Virus record (IMG/VR): IMGVR_UViG_3300033076_000385
Location: 1 to 32,015 of that record
DNA: 32,015 nt
DNA from: a virus
Taxonomy: Duplodnaviria; Caudoviricetes
Strand: one strand, 5' to 3'
Part shown: positions 9,072 to 17,197 of the stretch, in pieces
Position numbering within the stretch: position 1 is the stretch's first letter
Layout: every line of letters starts with the position of its first letter
Program-made: the position numbers and the translations under genes
The notes under the pieces: generated by a model
The model's input: only the letters and a program-made list of their open reading frames with translations
Databases searched by the model: none
Told to the model about the DNA's origin: nothing

Positions 9072-9886
9072 AATAAATTAGTTTTTACATTATCGAAATT
9101 CTCTTCCAATAAATTATGATTAATAATCCATTCATAAATTAGGCCGGAAAGTATTTCATACCCATTTTTATTTGGGTGTTTTCCAAATGTATTTATCCAC
9201 AAAGAATTATCTTCCCAAACATCTTTTCTATTCGTTTCTGTTAACAAATCTTTCATTGTTTTTTGACCGAAATGCATGTAATGATTTTTATTAATTAGAT
9301 GTGTTTTATCAATTGTATTATTTGGGTTGTTAACCATTAAATCAAACGCATCACAAAATAAAAATTTAACACCCATTCTTTGAAACATAAACTGTAAGTA
9401 TAAAATGTAATTTTGATTTACTATTTGGTAATAGGTTTCATCATACAATTCATTAAAAAAATATGTTTTATATTCTTTTTTAAAAAATGAATAATCTTTA
9501 TTTTTTGATTCTTTTATGTTATCGAATATGAATTTATATAGATGTTGTTTAGAGGTGTATCTTTGACCCCAAAAATGCCACTCATCCTTCGGGAAAAATG
9601 GGACCTCATCTCTTAATGATGAACTCCACATTATGACCACTAAATCGTTAGTTTTAATCTTATCCGTTTCTAAAAACGAACAAACGGCATCGAAGATTGT
9701 CTTATTAGAACAACCACCGATGCCGTTATTTTGAAATTGTATATATAGTTTTTCTGCCAATTTTGTTGGCCAACTATGAAGATGTCTAATTTTTGTTTTC
9801 TCTACGTAGTCATCGACTTTATTTTCTTCAGTCAAATCCGATCCAACTCCCTCAGTCCAACTATCACCAAACGTAAATAACTTCAT
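9068..9886 (-). CDS. SGNH/GDSL hydrolase-fold protein
   Basis: FGDSWTEG, GIGGCSN, C-terminal KHPNKNGY. Confidence 0.75.
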   Translation of the reverse strand: MKLFTFGDSWTEGVGSDLTEENKVDDYVEKTKIRHLHSWPTKLAEKLYIQFQNNGIGGCSNKTIFDAVCSFLETDKIKTNDLVVIMWSSSLRDEVPFFPKDEWHFWGQRYTSKQHLYKFIFDNIKESKNKDYSFFKKEYKTYFFNELYDETYYQIVNQNYILYLQFMFQRMGVKFLFCDAFDLMVNNPNNTIDKTHLINKNHYMHFGQKTMKDLLTETNRKDVWEDNSLWINTFGKHPNKNGYEILSGLIYEWIINHNLLEENFDNVKTNLL

Positions 9887-9897
9887 AAATCATAAAC

Positions 9898-10026
9898 TTA
9901 TGATAAATGTTTTGTTTTAATTTTATTTACAACTTCCTGTACCGCCGATGCAATTTTAGTTTTTTTATCTGCAGTTAATGGTGTAATGTTTACTTTAATT
10001 ACACTATTTGGTCTTTCTATTTTCAT
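9898..10026 (-). CDS. Small basic 42-aa protein
   Basis: MKIERPNSVIKVNITPLTADKKTKIASAVQEVVNKIKTKHLS. ATG 10026 follows an A-rich leader and fills the gap between neighbouring genes; the track's 10110 start would overlap the upstream gene. Confidence 0.65.
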   Translation of the reverse strand: MKIERPNSVIKVNITPLTADKKTKIASAVQEVVNKIKTKHLS

Positions 10027-10048
10027 TTTATTTTGTTTTATTTTTTTA

Positions 10049-11536
10049 TTAGAGTTTTGAATATCCACCAAAACAACCTGGACAATAATAACTGTTGCAA
10101 TAGTGACCACAATAATTCCACGGACACCAACAAGAGTTGTGCATTACCCCATAATCACCGTCACCAAAATCAACTAAGAAAAGGTCAGATGGTTCAAAAT
10201 CTAAACTATAAATGGTCATATTGGCATGCTCCATTTCTAATCCGGTGATTTCTAATGTTGTTAATTGTTGAGTATTTGAATCAGTAACAATTAATTTATC
10301 ACCAATAACCAATTTATTTAACTTTTCAAAACGAGTTGCGGTAGAATTAACCTCTTCTATATAATACGTACAAGACGGAGCATCTACCCAACTTTTACCG
10401 TCTGCAGTTGTAATTCTAATGTAAATTGTATCAACTAAAGAACCAACTATACCATTTAATGTTGATCCTGTTGTTGTTAATGTTTCATTTGAAAGTGCAA
10501 CCGTTCCTTCCCAACCAAATAATTCTAACTTTTCTCTTTCAAATTTTCCACCATGATTACCATGTGAATCGACAAAATCAATAGATTTAATCATGTCCCC
10601 TATTTGTATGGTGTCCACATCTTTTAAAGTCCCATCAAATGATAATATCATTGAATCTTGGTCGGTGTGATAATCTTTACTAGCAAAATTACCTAATTCT
10701 TTTGTGATATATTTGTACCTACTTTTTTGATTTAATTTAAAAGTATTTTCTACGTATTCATCAGCACTAAAAGTAACAGGAATAATGGTTGATTGTTTAT
10801 ATCCACCCATATTAATAACATCTAAATTACCACCATAAATGATATCGATACTTCTAATGATTGCATATCTACCATCAACCAAATTGTCCGAAGAATATAC
10901 AAATTCTTGTAATAAAACAGAGTCAGTCTGGTTTAATTTTAACGTCTCAAGGTCACCAATAGTTGGTACTGTGTATATTTCAGGATATAGTTTTTGGTCA
11001 TATTCAGGATTTCTTGGTTTTACCAATAGATTTGGGTGAGTCAAATCACTCAAATCAACCGAAGTTAACGTATCCATAGATAAACTTGTGGAGTTGAAGT
11101 ACGTATTGGGGATATATGTTGATCCGCTCATTAAATTGAAAAATTCGAATTTATCAGCACAATATGTTTCATCCACCAACGCAGTTGTGTCAAATGATTG
11201 TCTTAAAATGAATTTGTTCGGTGCATCCTCAACAAATGGAACAGTAACAGAACCTCTAGGTACAGTATATTCGGAAAATGTGATATTATTTTCACCACAT
11301 TTTTGTTCTAAAATTTGTTTAAATCTAAATGTTTGGTTAAGTGGTTTATATGAGTCAGATTCTGTCCATATGAAATGGAATTCAGTTATCGAATTATTCA
11401 CCAACATGGTAAATAACGAATCATAATCCAAAAAATCCGCACCATCATTGTAAATGGTGGTATTTGTGTTAATTTCAAGTATTTTAACGTCCCCGTTTTG
11501 TTCTAGAAGGTCAGTTCCAATTATTGTACCTTTCAT
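10049..11536 (-). CDS. Circularly permuted ATP-grasp-like domain + Hint (intein-like) domain + C-terminal Cys/aromatic-rich peptide
   Basis: GTDLL..GDVKILEINTN at the N-terminus, then LLVKP and LLQEFV (ATP-grasp elements in permuted order). Hint-like N block SMILSFDGTLKDVDTIQIGDMIKSID; C block TIYSLDFEPSDLFLV...VMHN|S; then SCWCPWNYCGHYCNSYYCPGCFGGYSKL. Confidence 0.7.
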   Translation of the reverse strand: MKGTIIGTDLLEQNGDVKILEINTNTTIYNDGADFLDYDSLFTMLVNNSITEFHFIWTESDSYKPLNQTFRFKQILEQKCGENNITFSEYTVPRGSVTVPFVEDAPNKFILRQSFDTTALVDETYCADKFEFFNLMSGSTYIPNTYFNSTSLSMDTLTSVDLSDLTHPNLLVKPRNPEYDQKLYPEIYTVPTIGDLETLKLNQTDSVLLQEFVYSSDNLVDGRYAIIRSIDIIYGGNLDVINMGGYKQSTIIPVTFSADEYVENTFKLNQKSRYKYITKELGNFASKDYHTDQDSMILSFDGTLKDVDTIQIGDMIKSIDFVDSHGNHGGKFEREKLELFGWEGTVALSNETLTTTGSTLNGIVGSLVDTIYIRITTADGKSWVDAPSCTYYIEEVNSTATRFEKLNKLVIGDKLIVTDSNTQQLTTLEITGLEMEHANMTIYSLDFEPSDLFLVDFGDGDYGVMHNSCWCPWNYCGHYCNSYYCPGCFGGYSKL

Positions 11537-11561
11537 AATTTTTTATATATTTCTTTTATAA

Positions 11562-11575
11562 TATAAATATAAATA
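11562..11575 (-). promoter_or_regulatory. Two overlapping TATTTATA motifs upstream of the ATP-grasp/Hint gene (possible phage promoter)
   Basis: TATAAATA on the + strand at 11562-11569 and 11568-11575; the same motif lies upstream of the fibre gene. Confidence 0.35.
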
Positions 11576-11578
11576 TTC

Positions 11579-11875
11579 TTAAATTAAAGTTTTATCGATT
11601 TTATCCTCTAAAATATCCATGTGTTTTGAATCCACCTCTTTCCATAGTTTTAAAGGACAACTATTGTATAATTTTGAAAATATTTTCTTATTTATTGGAC
11701 AACTACATTTTCCACAGTATGCGGACCACATGTTGTTTTTTATTAATTCATTCCTGAATTCACAACCGAGACACACTTCTAACCTTTCATTTGCCAATTT
11801 TTTTTGAGTTTCGTTTGGTTTAAAAGATGTGACCCATGAATCGAATATATCTTTATAATTTGGTTTCTCTATCAT
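11579..11875 (-). CDS. Small Cys-rich putative metal-binding protein (DUF6171-like)
   Basis: RLEVCLGC...CGKCSC...K......CPLKLW pattern. Confidence 0.65.
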   Translation of the reverse strand: MIEKPNYKDIFDSWVTSFKPNETQKKLANERLEVCLGCEFRNELIKNNMWSAYCGKCSCPINKKIFSKLYNSCPLKLWKEVDSKHMDILEDKIDKTLI

Positions 11876-12633
11876 ATTAATGTCACCTCTTTTTTGGGGA
11901 TATCGTAAAAATCGTATATATTATTATAATTTTTAATAAATTCATCATCCATGTGTACCTTACAGTCTATATGACTACTAGAATTTACATTTTTTATTTT
12001 AAATGGTTTGTTAGTAATATTTGAAATCCATTCTTCCATTTTTGACAACTCATTAATATTGAACCATATTATGTCCTTATTATGGTTATGCCAAACGGAA
12101 GATGGTGTTAATAATATATCAATTATGTTTATCACGTATTCATCTGGATTCATCGACATTTTGTTGGGTATTTGTACCTTTTTATTGATTAACCCATTTT
12201 CATATAAGTAGTTAGATATGGTATCCCATCTACTTTTTTTAGTTACCAAATCATCCGTTTTCCAAAAGAATAGCTCATTAGTTGTTAGATTGGATAAATG
12301 TTTAGATATTTCACTATAACCTGTCCTATTCAAATCAAAGATTACATGTTTAAATAATGAATAAAAAACCTCATGTCTATCTCTATACACTGCTATGATT
12401 GGGTATGTGGTACCAAATTTTTCTTGTAATTCGATTAAGGGGACATGTCCGTGTACTATATGATTCATTATATTTGATTCATCTATATTTTTAAAATCTA
12501 TTTTAGAATTTTCAATATCAGAATAATCCCCTGTATTTTTTATATCCAAATTATATAGTATACAGGAATAATGAAAAGATGTCGATCCTCTTCTAGGTAA
12601 TGATATATATATGAATTTATTATCTATTAACAT
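11872..12633 (-). CDS. Sulfotransferase-like protein (sulfotransferase family 2-like)
   Basis: FIYISLPRRGSTSF, HGH, AVYRDRHEVFYSLF (3'-PB-like); paralog of 12633-13355. Confidence 0.65.
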   Translation of the reverse strand: MLIDNKFIYISLPRRGSTSFHYSCILYNLDIKNTGDYSDIENSKIDFKNIDESNIMNHIVHGHVPLIELQEKFGTTYPIIAVYRDRHEVFYSLFKHVIFDLNRTGYSEISKHLSNLTTNELFFWKTDDLVTKKSRWDTISNYLYENGLINKKVQIPNKMSMNPDEYVINIIDILLTPSSVWHNHNKDIIWFNINELSKMEEWISNITNKPFKIKNVNSSSHIDCKVHMDDEFIKNYNNIYDFYDIPKKEVTLI

Positions 12634-13355
12634 TATATAATTGTATTTTGTTTTTTAAAAGTTTCATACGTACCATAAATTGATTCATATTTTTGTTTGA
12701 AGTTGTCGTCATTGACGATATTCGAACAATACTCTTTACTCGAACCAAAATTTTCTAATTTAAAATTTATTCCGCAAGTTTTTGAAACCCATCTTTCTAA
12801 TTCAATTAAGTTTTCAAAATCGAACCATATTATATTAGAATCATTTGTATGATAATAGGATAAAGGGGCAAAAATTGGCATAAGTAATTCATTCAATTTC
12901 GGATTATAATAATCGACCCCAAGTTTTTTTAAAAATTTTGGGATGTGTCGTTCTATCATAACTTTAGATATCACTGTTTCCTTTTTATAATCCATCAATT
13001 CATCGGTGGTCACATTTTTAAATTTATTATAAAGTTCGATTTCCCCCATTTTATATAATTGTCCAATTACATGATTAAAATAAGAAATGAATCTTTCGTA
13101 TTTGTCTCTTTTTACTGATATAACTGGGTAATTGTAACCAAATACCGCTTTTATATCCGTTAATTGCTCATGAATATGTTTAATTCTATAAACTAAATCT
13201 ATGTTTGGTATATTTGAAATATCATAATCAAATACAGTATCGTATTTTATTTGGGTGTGTTCTACTGTTAAGTTATTTCTAAAACAACTTAAATGAAATG
13301 ATGTGGATGCACATCTGGGTAAACATAAAAATATAAATTTATTATCTACCAACAT
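12633..13355 (-). CDS. Sulfotransferase-like protein (sulfotransferase family 2-like)
   Basis: FIFLCLPRCASTSF, SVKRDKYERFISYF. Confidence 0.7.
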   Translation of the reverse strand: MLVDNKFIFLCLPRCASTSFHLSCFRNNLTVEHTQIKYDTVFDYDISNIPNIDLVYRIKHIHEQLTDIKAVFGYNYPVISVKRDKYERFISYFNHVIGQLYKMGEIELYNKFKNVTTDELMDYKKETVISKVMIERHIPKFLKKLGVDYYNPKLNELLMPIFAPLSYYHTNDSNIIWFDFENLIELERWVSKTCGINFKLENFGSSKEYCSNIVNDDNFKQKYESIYGTYETFKKQNTII

Positions 13356-14005
13356 TAGAATAAACTTTTTTCTTTTTTAATTAATTCAAACCCAACGTTT
13401 CCAGCCATAACGATTCTATCTACTGTTGATTTTGGTGCGTTCATTGGTGCATGTGGCATCCAACCCGGCATCACCACTAAATCATCTTCTTCGGGTCTAA
13501 TCCAATGTTCTTTCCCATTATCACCTTTAAAATATAAAACACCATCCTCACCCTCCATTACATCCGGCATTTGAATATAGTAAACATACGTATAGTGTGG
13601 GGTAAACGAACCCATTTCTTTATTTATATCAGTATGGATGTGATATTTTTGGTCGGTATGAAAATTTGATTGTACGGGATTTTGAGATCGAACCATATTC
13701 ACCCACGCATCGGTATTAATTTTATTATACGGATTTTTAATTTCCTCCTCCCAAATTTCTTTACATTTATCAATACCCGATTGACAAATCAAATCTAATT
13801 TATTTATTATTTCAAATTGTCCGTTGAAATTTATATCATTGGTCCATTCTTTTTTATAACCATATCCGTCGGTTTCCGCCGCTCGTTGTCCTTCGTAACT
13901 TTTAATTAATTTTTTTGATTCAATCAAAAGTTCTTCTTTAATATCGGTTAAATTTAATTTACCAACCCAAATGTATGTTGAGTCATCAAATTGTATTTTT
14001 TTCAT
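13355..14005 (-). CDS. 2OG-Fe(II) oxygenase-like protein (TIGR02466-type)
   Basis: AWVN, HIH, YVYYI, PGWMPHAP, DRIVMAGN. Confidence 0.75.
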   Translation of the reverse strand: MKKIQFDDSTYIWVGKLNLTDIKEELLIESKKLIKSYEGQRAAETDGYGYKKEWTNDINFNGQFEIINKLDLICQSGIDKCKEIWEEEIKNPYNKINTDAWVNMVRSQNPVQSNFHTDQKYHIHTDINKEMGSFTPHYTYVYYIQMPDVMEGEDGVLYFKGDNGKEHWIRPEEDDLVVMPGWMPHAPMNAPKSTVDRIVMAGNVGFELIKKEKSLF

Positions 14006-14334
14006 AGTAAATGTTTTAAAATTATATACGAACTAATGCCAATCCAAATCGTATTAAAGAGAATAAGTGTTGGTAAACTCTTTCTCATGGATGCCCAAAT
14101 TAAAAGTGAGGATGTTATTAAAGTCACAAAATGCATCCACCATATTTCAACACCAAAAACCAAACCAGGTATTATTATAATAGCCTTTGCCATCCATGCC
14201 GATAATTCAATTGTGTTATAATTTGTCCAATAATTCTCATCCTTGAACATCATGTATTTTTCAATTATAAAATCCCACCCAACTACAGTATATAGTAACC
14301 CCGTTATCGTTAAAAATGTAAGTAACCAAATCAT
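14002..14334 (-). CDS. Small multi-pass membrane protein
   Basis: 110 aa with 3-4 hydrophobic segments. Confidence 0.7.
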   Translation of the reverse strand: MIWLLTFLTITGLLYTVVGWDFIIEKYMMFKDENYWTNYNTIELSAWMAKAIIIIPGLVFGVEIWWMHFVTLITSSLLIWASMRKSLPTLILFNTIWIGISSYIILKHLL

Positions 14335-15572
14335 ATTAATTTTTTTTCTAATTGTTTTTTATTTTTACCAAAAACTAACTGATAATTACCAATAAAAAAA
14401 GTTAGTTCATTTATTTTAGTTTCAGTTAATTCGAATGAATTTATTAATTCAAAATCGTTATGAATTTTTATTGATCCGTCATCGTTTAATATTTTTTGTA
14501 ATTTTTCGGGTATCGGCATGTTCACACAATCTTTCCAAAATTCGGTGTCGTTTCTTTCACAGAGATAGTGATATCTAACAAACAACATATTTTGTTCGTT
14601 TATTTCACTACACCATTTGTTGTAACTGTCTCTATATGTTTCATCAAAATTCACATCGATTAATCGTTTCAATTGCATAACAACAGTCATTAACGATGTT
14701 GCTTCTAACGGTTCTAAAAAACTATAAGATAAACCTATTGCAACACTATTTTTAATCCAACTATGTTTGTATGTACCTGGTTTAAAATCAAATACTTTTT
14801 GTATTTTAATTTCGTGTCCTAAATGTTCCTCAATTTCTTTTTTAGCATCGTCTACCGAAACATACGAATCATTGAACACATAACCACATCCCCATCTATG
14901 TTGTAATGGTACTTTCCACATCCACCCGCAATTCATAGATGTTAATTCGGTTGTTGTTTTTTCTTCAAACTTATATTTGTTTGATTGGGGTAGGAAGAAT
15001 CCAAATGCTTTGTTAAGTAATAGATATTTTGAATAACTTACCCAATCATCATTATGAATTTTATTAAAAATTATCCTTGAGAAACCACTACAATCAAAAA
15101 TGAAATCCAAATCTATTACATCTGAATTATCTAATACAATTGAATTGATTTCACCATCATTATGATTTATGGTTTCCACTATACCATCGATGTGATTAAT
15201 TCCTCTTTCTAATGCTATTGATTTTAAATAACTCGCGGTTAATTTTGCATCAAAGTGAAATGCATAACCTGTTTTACTTTTGGCATCCTCACCTAACATT
15301 ATATGGTAAAATGTATTATTTTGATTTGTCCAATTAATAAGTTCCAATCCCTTTTTAACTGTTGCACCTGTCTTTTCAAAAAAATCGCGTTGGTCAATAT
15401 CTAATAACATTAACATTTTTCCAAAATTAGATGTAGAACCTTCTCCGGCACCTAATATACCAATTTTAGAACTTTCGATTACTGTGACGTTGGTGTCTTT
15501 CCAAAACTTTTGAACAACCAACGCAGTTAACCAACCCGCAGTTCCTCCACCAACTATGACCACTTTTTTCAT
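14331..15572 (-). CDS. Flavin-dependent tryptophan halogenase family protein
   Basis: VVIVGGGTAGW, GAGEGST, ATVKKG (catalytic Lys position), FDCSGF, WMWKVP (WxWxIP-like), FLEPLEAT. Confidence 0.88.
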   Translation of the reverse strand: MKKVVIVGGGTAGWLTALVVQKFWKDTNVTVIESSKIGILGAGEGSTSNFGKMLMLLDIDQRDFFEKTGATVKKGLELINWTNQNNTFYHIMLGEDAKSKTGYAFHFDAKLTASYLKSIALERGINHIDGIVETINHNDGEINSIVLDNSDVIDLDFIFDCSGFSRIIFNKIHNDDWVSYSKYLLLNKAFGFFLPQSNKYKFEEKTTTELTSMNCGWMWKVPLQHRWGCGYVFNDSYVSVDDAKKEIEEHLGHEIKIQKVFDFKPGTYKHSWIKNSVAIGLSYSFLEPLEATSLMTVVMQLKRLIDVNFDETYRDSYNKWCSEINEQNMLFVRYHYLCERNDTEFWKDCVNMPIPEKLQKILNDDGSIKIHNDFELINSFELTETKINELTFFIGNYQLVFGKNKKQLEKKLI

Positions 15573-16138
15573 ATTAAACTAATTTTCTTTGTGGAACTTG
15601 GCCAAACATTTAATGAATATCTCTTACCCGATTTTATTTTATCTACGGAATGTAAAATATTTGAATCGAAAATGAATACACTTCCTTTTATTTTTGGTAC
15701 ATCATATTCCACACCTTCTAACATATATTTTACAAGTCCATCTTCATAATCATCATTTAATTGAATAATATATGTAATGGTTGCACCGTTTATAATTTCA
15801 TGTCTGTCTTCGTGCCATTCTAAAAAATCACTGTCCCCATATCTATTAAAAGAGTATTTGGGAATTCTAACATATTCAACGGAATTAAATGGTTTTATTT
15901 CATTAGAAAGGTCAATTATTCTTTTTGAGATATTAACTAAAAGTGGATCCATTAAAAATTCATCGGTAAAATAACAACCTGACCTTTTATTACCTGAATA
16001 TGATATATTCTCCTCCACAACTTTACCATTAACAATACGAGACGATTTCATTTGATTTAACCCAAACGATTCACCCATCTCAATTATCAAATCACATTCT
16101 TCTTCGGTAAGAAAATTTTTAACGAATTTTGTAAACAT
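15569..16138 (-). CDS. 2OG-Fe(II) oxygenase (prolyl-hydroxylase-like)
   Basis: FLTEEEC, WHED, HSVDKIKSGKRYSL. Confidence 0.88.
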   Translation of the reverse strand: MFTKFVKNFLTEEECDLIIEMGESFGLNQMKSSRIVNGKVVEENISYSGNKRSGCYFTDEFLMDPLLVNISKRIIDLSNEIKPFNSVEYVRIPKYSFNRYGDSDFLEWHEDRHEIINGATITYIIQLNDDYEDGLVKYMLEGVEYDVPKIKGSVFIFDSNILHSVDKIKSGKRYSLNVWPSSTKKISLI

Positions 16139-16350
16139 TATTCTTTTTTTAAACCAAATTTAATCCACTTATACCATATTCTTTCGTGTATATAATATTG
16201 AATGGGTTTATATACTAATTCGGCAACTCCAAAAGCTGCTCCGACCTTTACCGATCCACTTATCCACCACATAATCGCAAAACCAATCAATGTACTAATA
16301 ATACGATATGAAATAGTTTTAGCTATGTGTCTTTTACGTTGTACTATCAT
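16138..16350 (-). CDS. DUF2061-family small membrane protein
   Basis: RHIAKTISYRIIST...YYIHERIW. Confidence 0.8.
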   Translation of the reverse strand: MIVQRKRHIAKTISYRIISTLIGFAIMWWISGSVKVGAAFGVAELVYKPIQYYIHERIWYKWIKFGLKKE

Positions 16351-16727
16351 TATCCCTTATTTTCATCATAAGTCATGGTTCCATCCGGTTTCATATGTCC
16401 GGTTCTAATTGCAGTCCCACTAATTGTTGCAATATCAGTTGGTGGCTCGTGATAGATTACATCATAACCCACACCTCTACCATAGTTCACACTTTCAATA
16501 TCAGGAATTACTGAAATAAATAACTTACCCGTTTGTAGTAAATCATGTAATTCAACTTTTAATTCATCAAATACTTGTTGTGCGGTTTTTGGATTGTTCT
16601 CATCCACTTGTACATCTCTAATTGCCAACCAAACATTTTTACCTTTGTTTAATTGTTGGTCTATCAACCATTGATGTCCTTTGTGCCAGTTTTGCCATCT
16701 TCCGATGTATAATGCATATTTTTTCAT
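16350..16727 (-). CDS. Cytidylyltransferase-like (HxGH) nucleotidyltransferase
   Basis: GRWQNWHKGH, ISGTAIR (SxT/SxxR-like). Confidence 0.8.
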   Translation of the reverse strand: MKKYALYIGRWQNWHKGHQWLIDQQLNKGKNVWLAIRDVQVDENNPKTAQQVFDELKVELHDLLQTGKLFISVIPDIESVNYGRGVGYDVIYHEPPTDIATISGTAIRTGHMKPDGTMTYDENKG

Positions 16728-17161
16728 AGGTCTATCATTTTTAAAATTTCAATAAAAGATTCATCTTCTCTTCTATCTGTTGTATTAATGTTTAAATAAT
16801 TTTCCAATGGGGGTTCATAATCTTTGACGTGAAAAGATTCCCTTCCTCTTTCATCGGTAGTGTTAACATATATCTCAGTAACACTGTTTTCTTTTTTAAA
16901 TTGTTCTCTTTGTTCTCTATAGGGAGATACAAGTGAGACAACAACAGAGTGTCCTTTGGAATTCATAAATCGGGCAATATCTTGTGCCCTTTCTATGTTT
17001 CTTTTTCTACCGTTTTCGGAATAGTCTTGATTATTAAAAATGTCCCTTAAGTCATCACCATCTATATGGATGACCTTTTCCGTATTGCTCAAATACGAAA
17101 TTAAATGTTTTGCTAGTGTGGTCTTACCTGCACCAGGTTGACCTGTAAACCAATATATCAT
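16724..17161 (-). CDS. cysC: Adenylyl-sulfate (APS) kinase
   Basis: WFTGQPGAGKTT, IDGDDLR, R..NI.R, VSLVSPY, YEPP. Start moved from 17197 to ATG 17161. Confidence 0.85.
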   Translation of the reverse strand: MIYWFTGQPGAGKTTLAKHLISYLSNTEKVIHIDGDDLRDIFNNQDYSENGRKRNIERAQDIARFMNSKGHSVVVSLVSPYREQREQFKKENSVTEIYVNTTDERGRESFHVKDYEPPLENYLNINTTDRREDESFIEILKMIDL

Positions 17162-17168
17162 AAGTAAT

Positions 17169-17197
17169 AATATAATGGTTTTTTTTGAAAAAATCAA
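17169..17197 (-). promoter_or_regulatory. sigma70-type promoter TTGATT-17-TATATT, probably producing a leaderless cysC mRNA
   Basis: -35 at 17197-17192, -10 at 17174-17169, then 7 nt to ATG 17161. Confidence 0.55.

Noticed and set aside
10136-10669. Canonical splicing intein or homing element
   Set aside because: No Cys/Ser at the aligned first position, no evident TxxH and no endonuclease domain; treated as a C-cleaving Hint domain instead.
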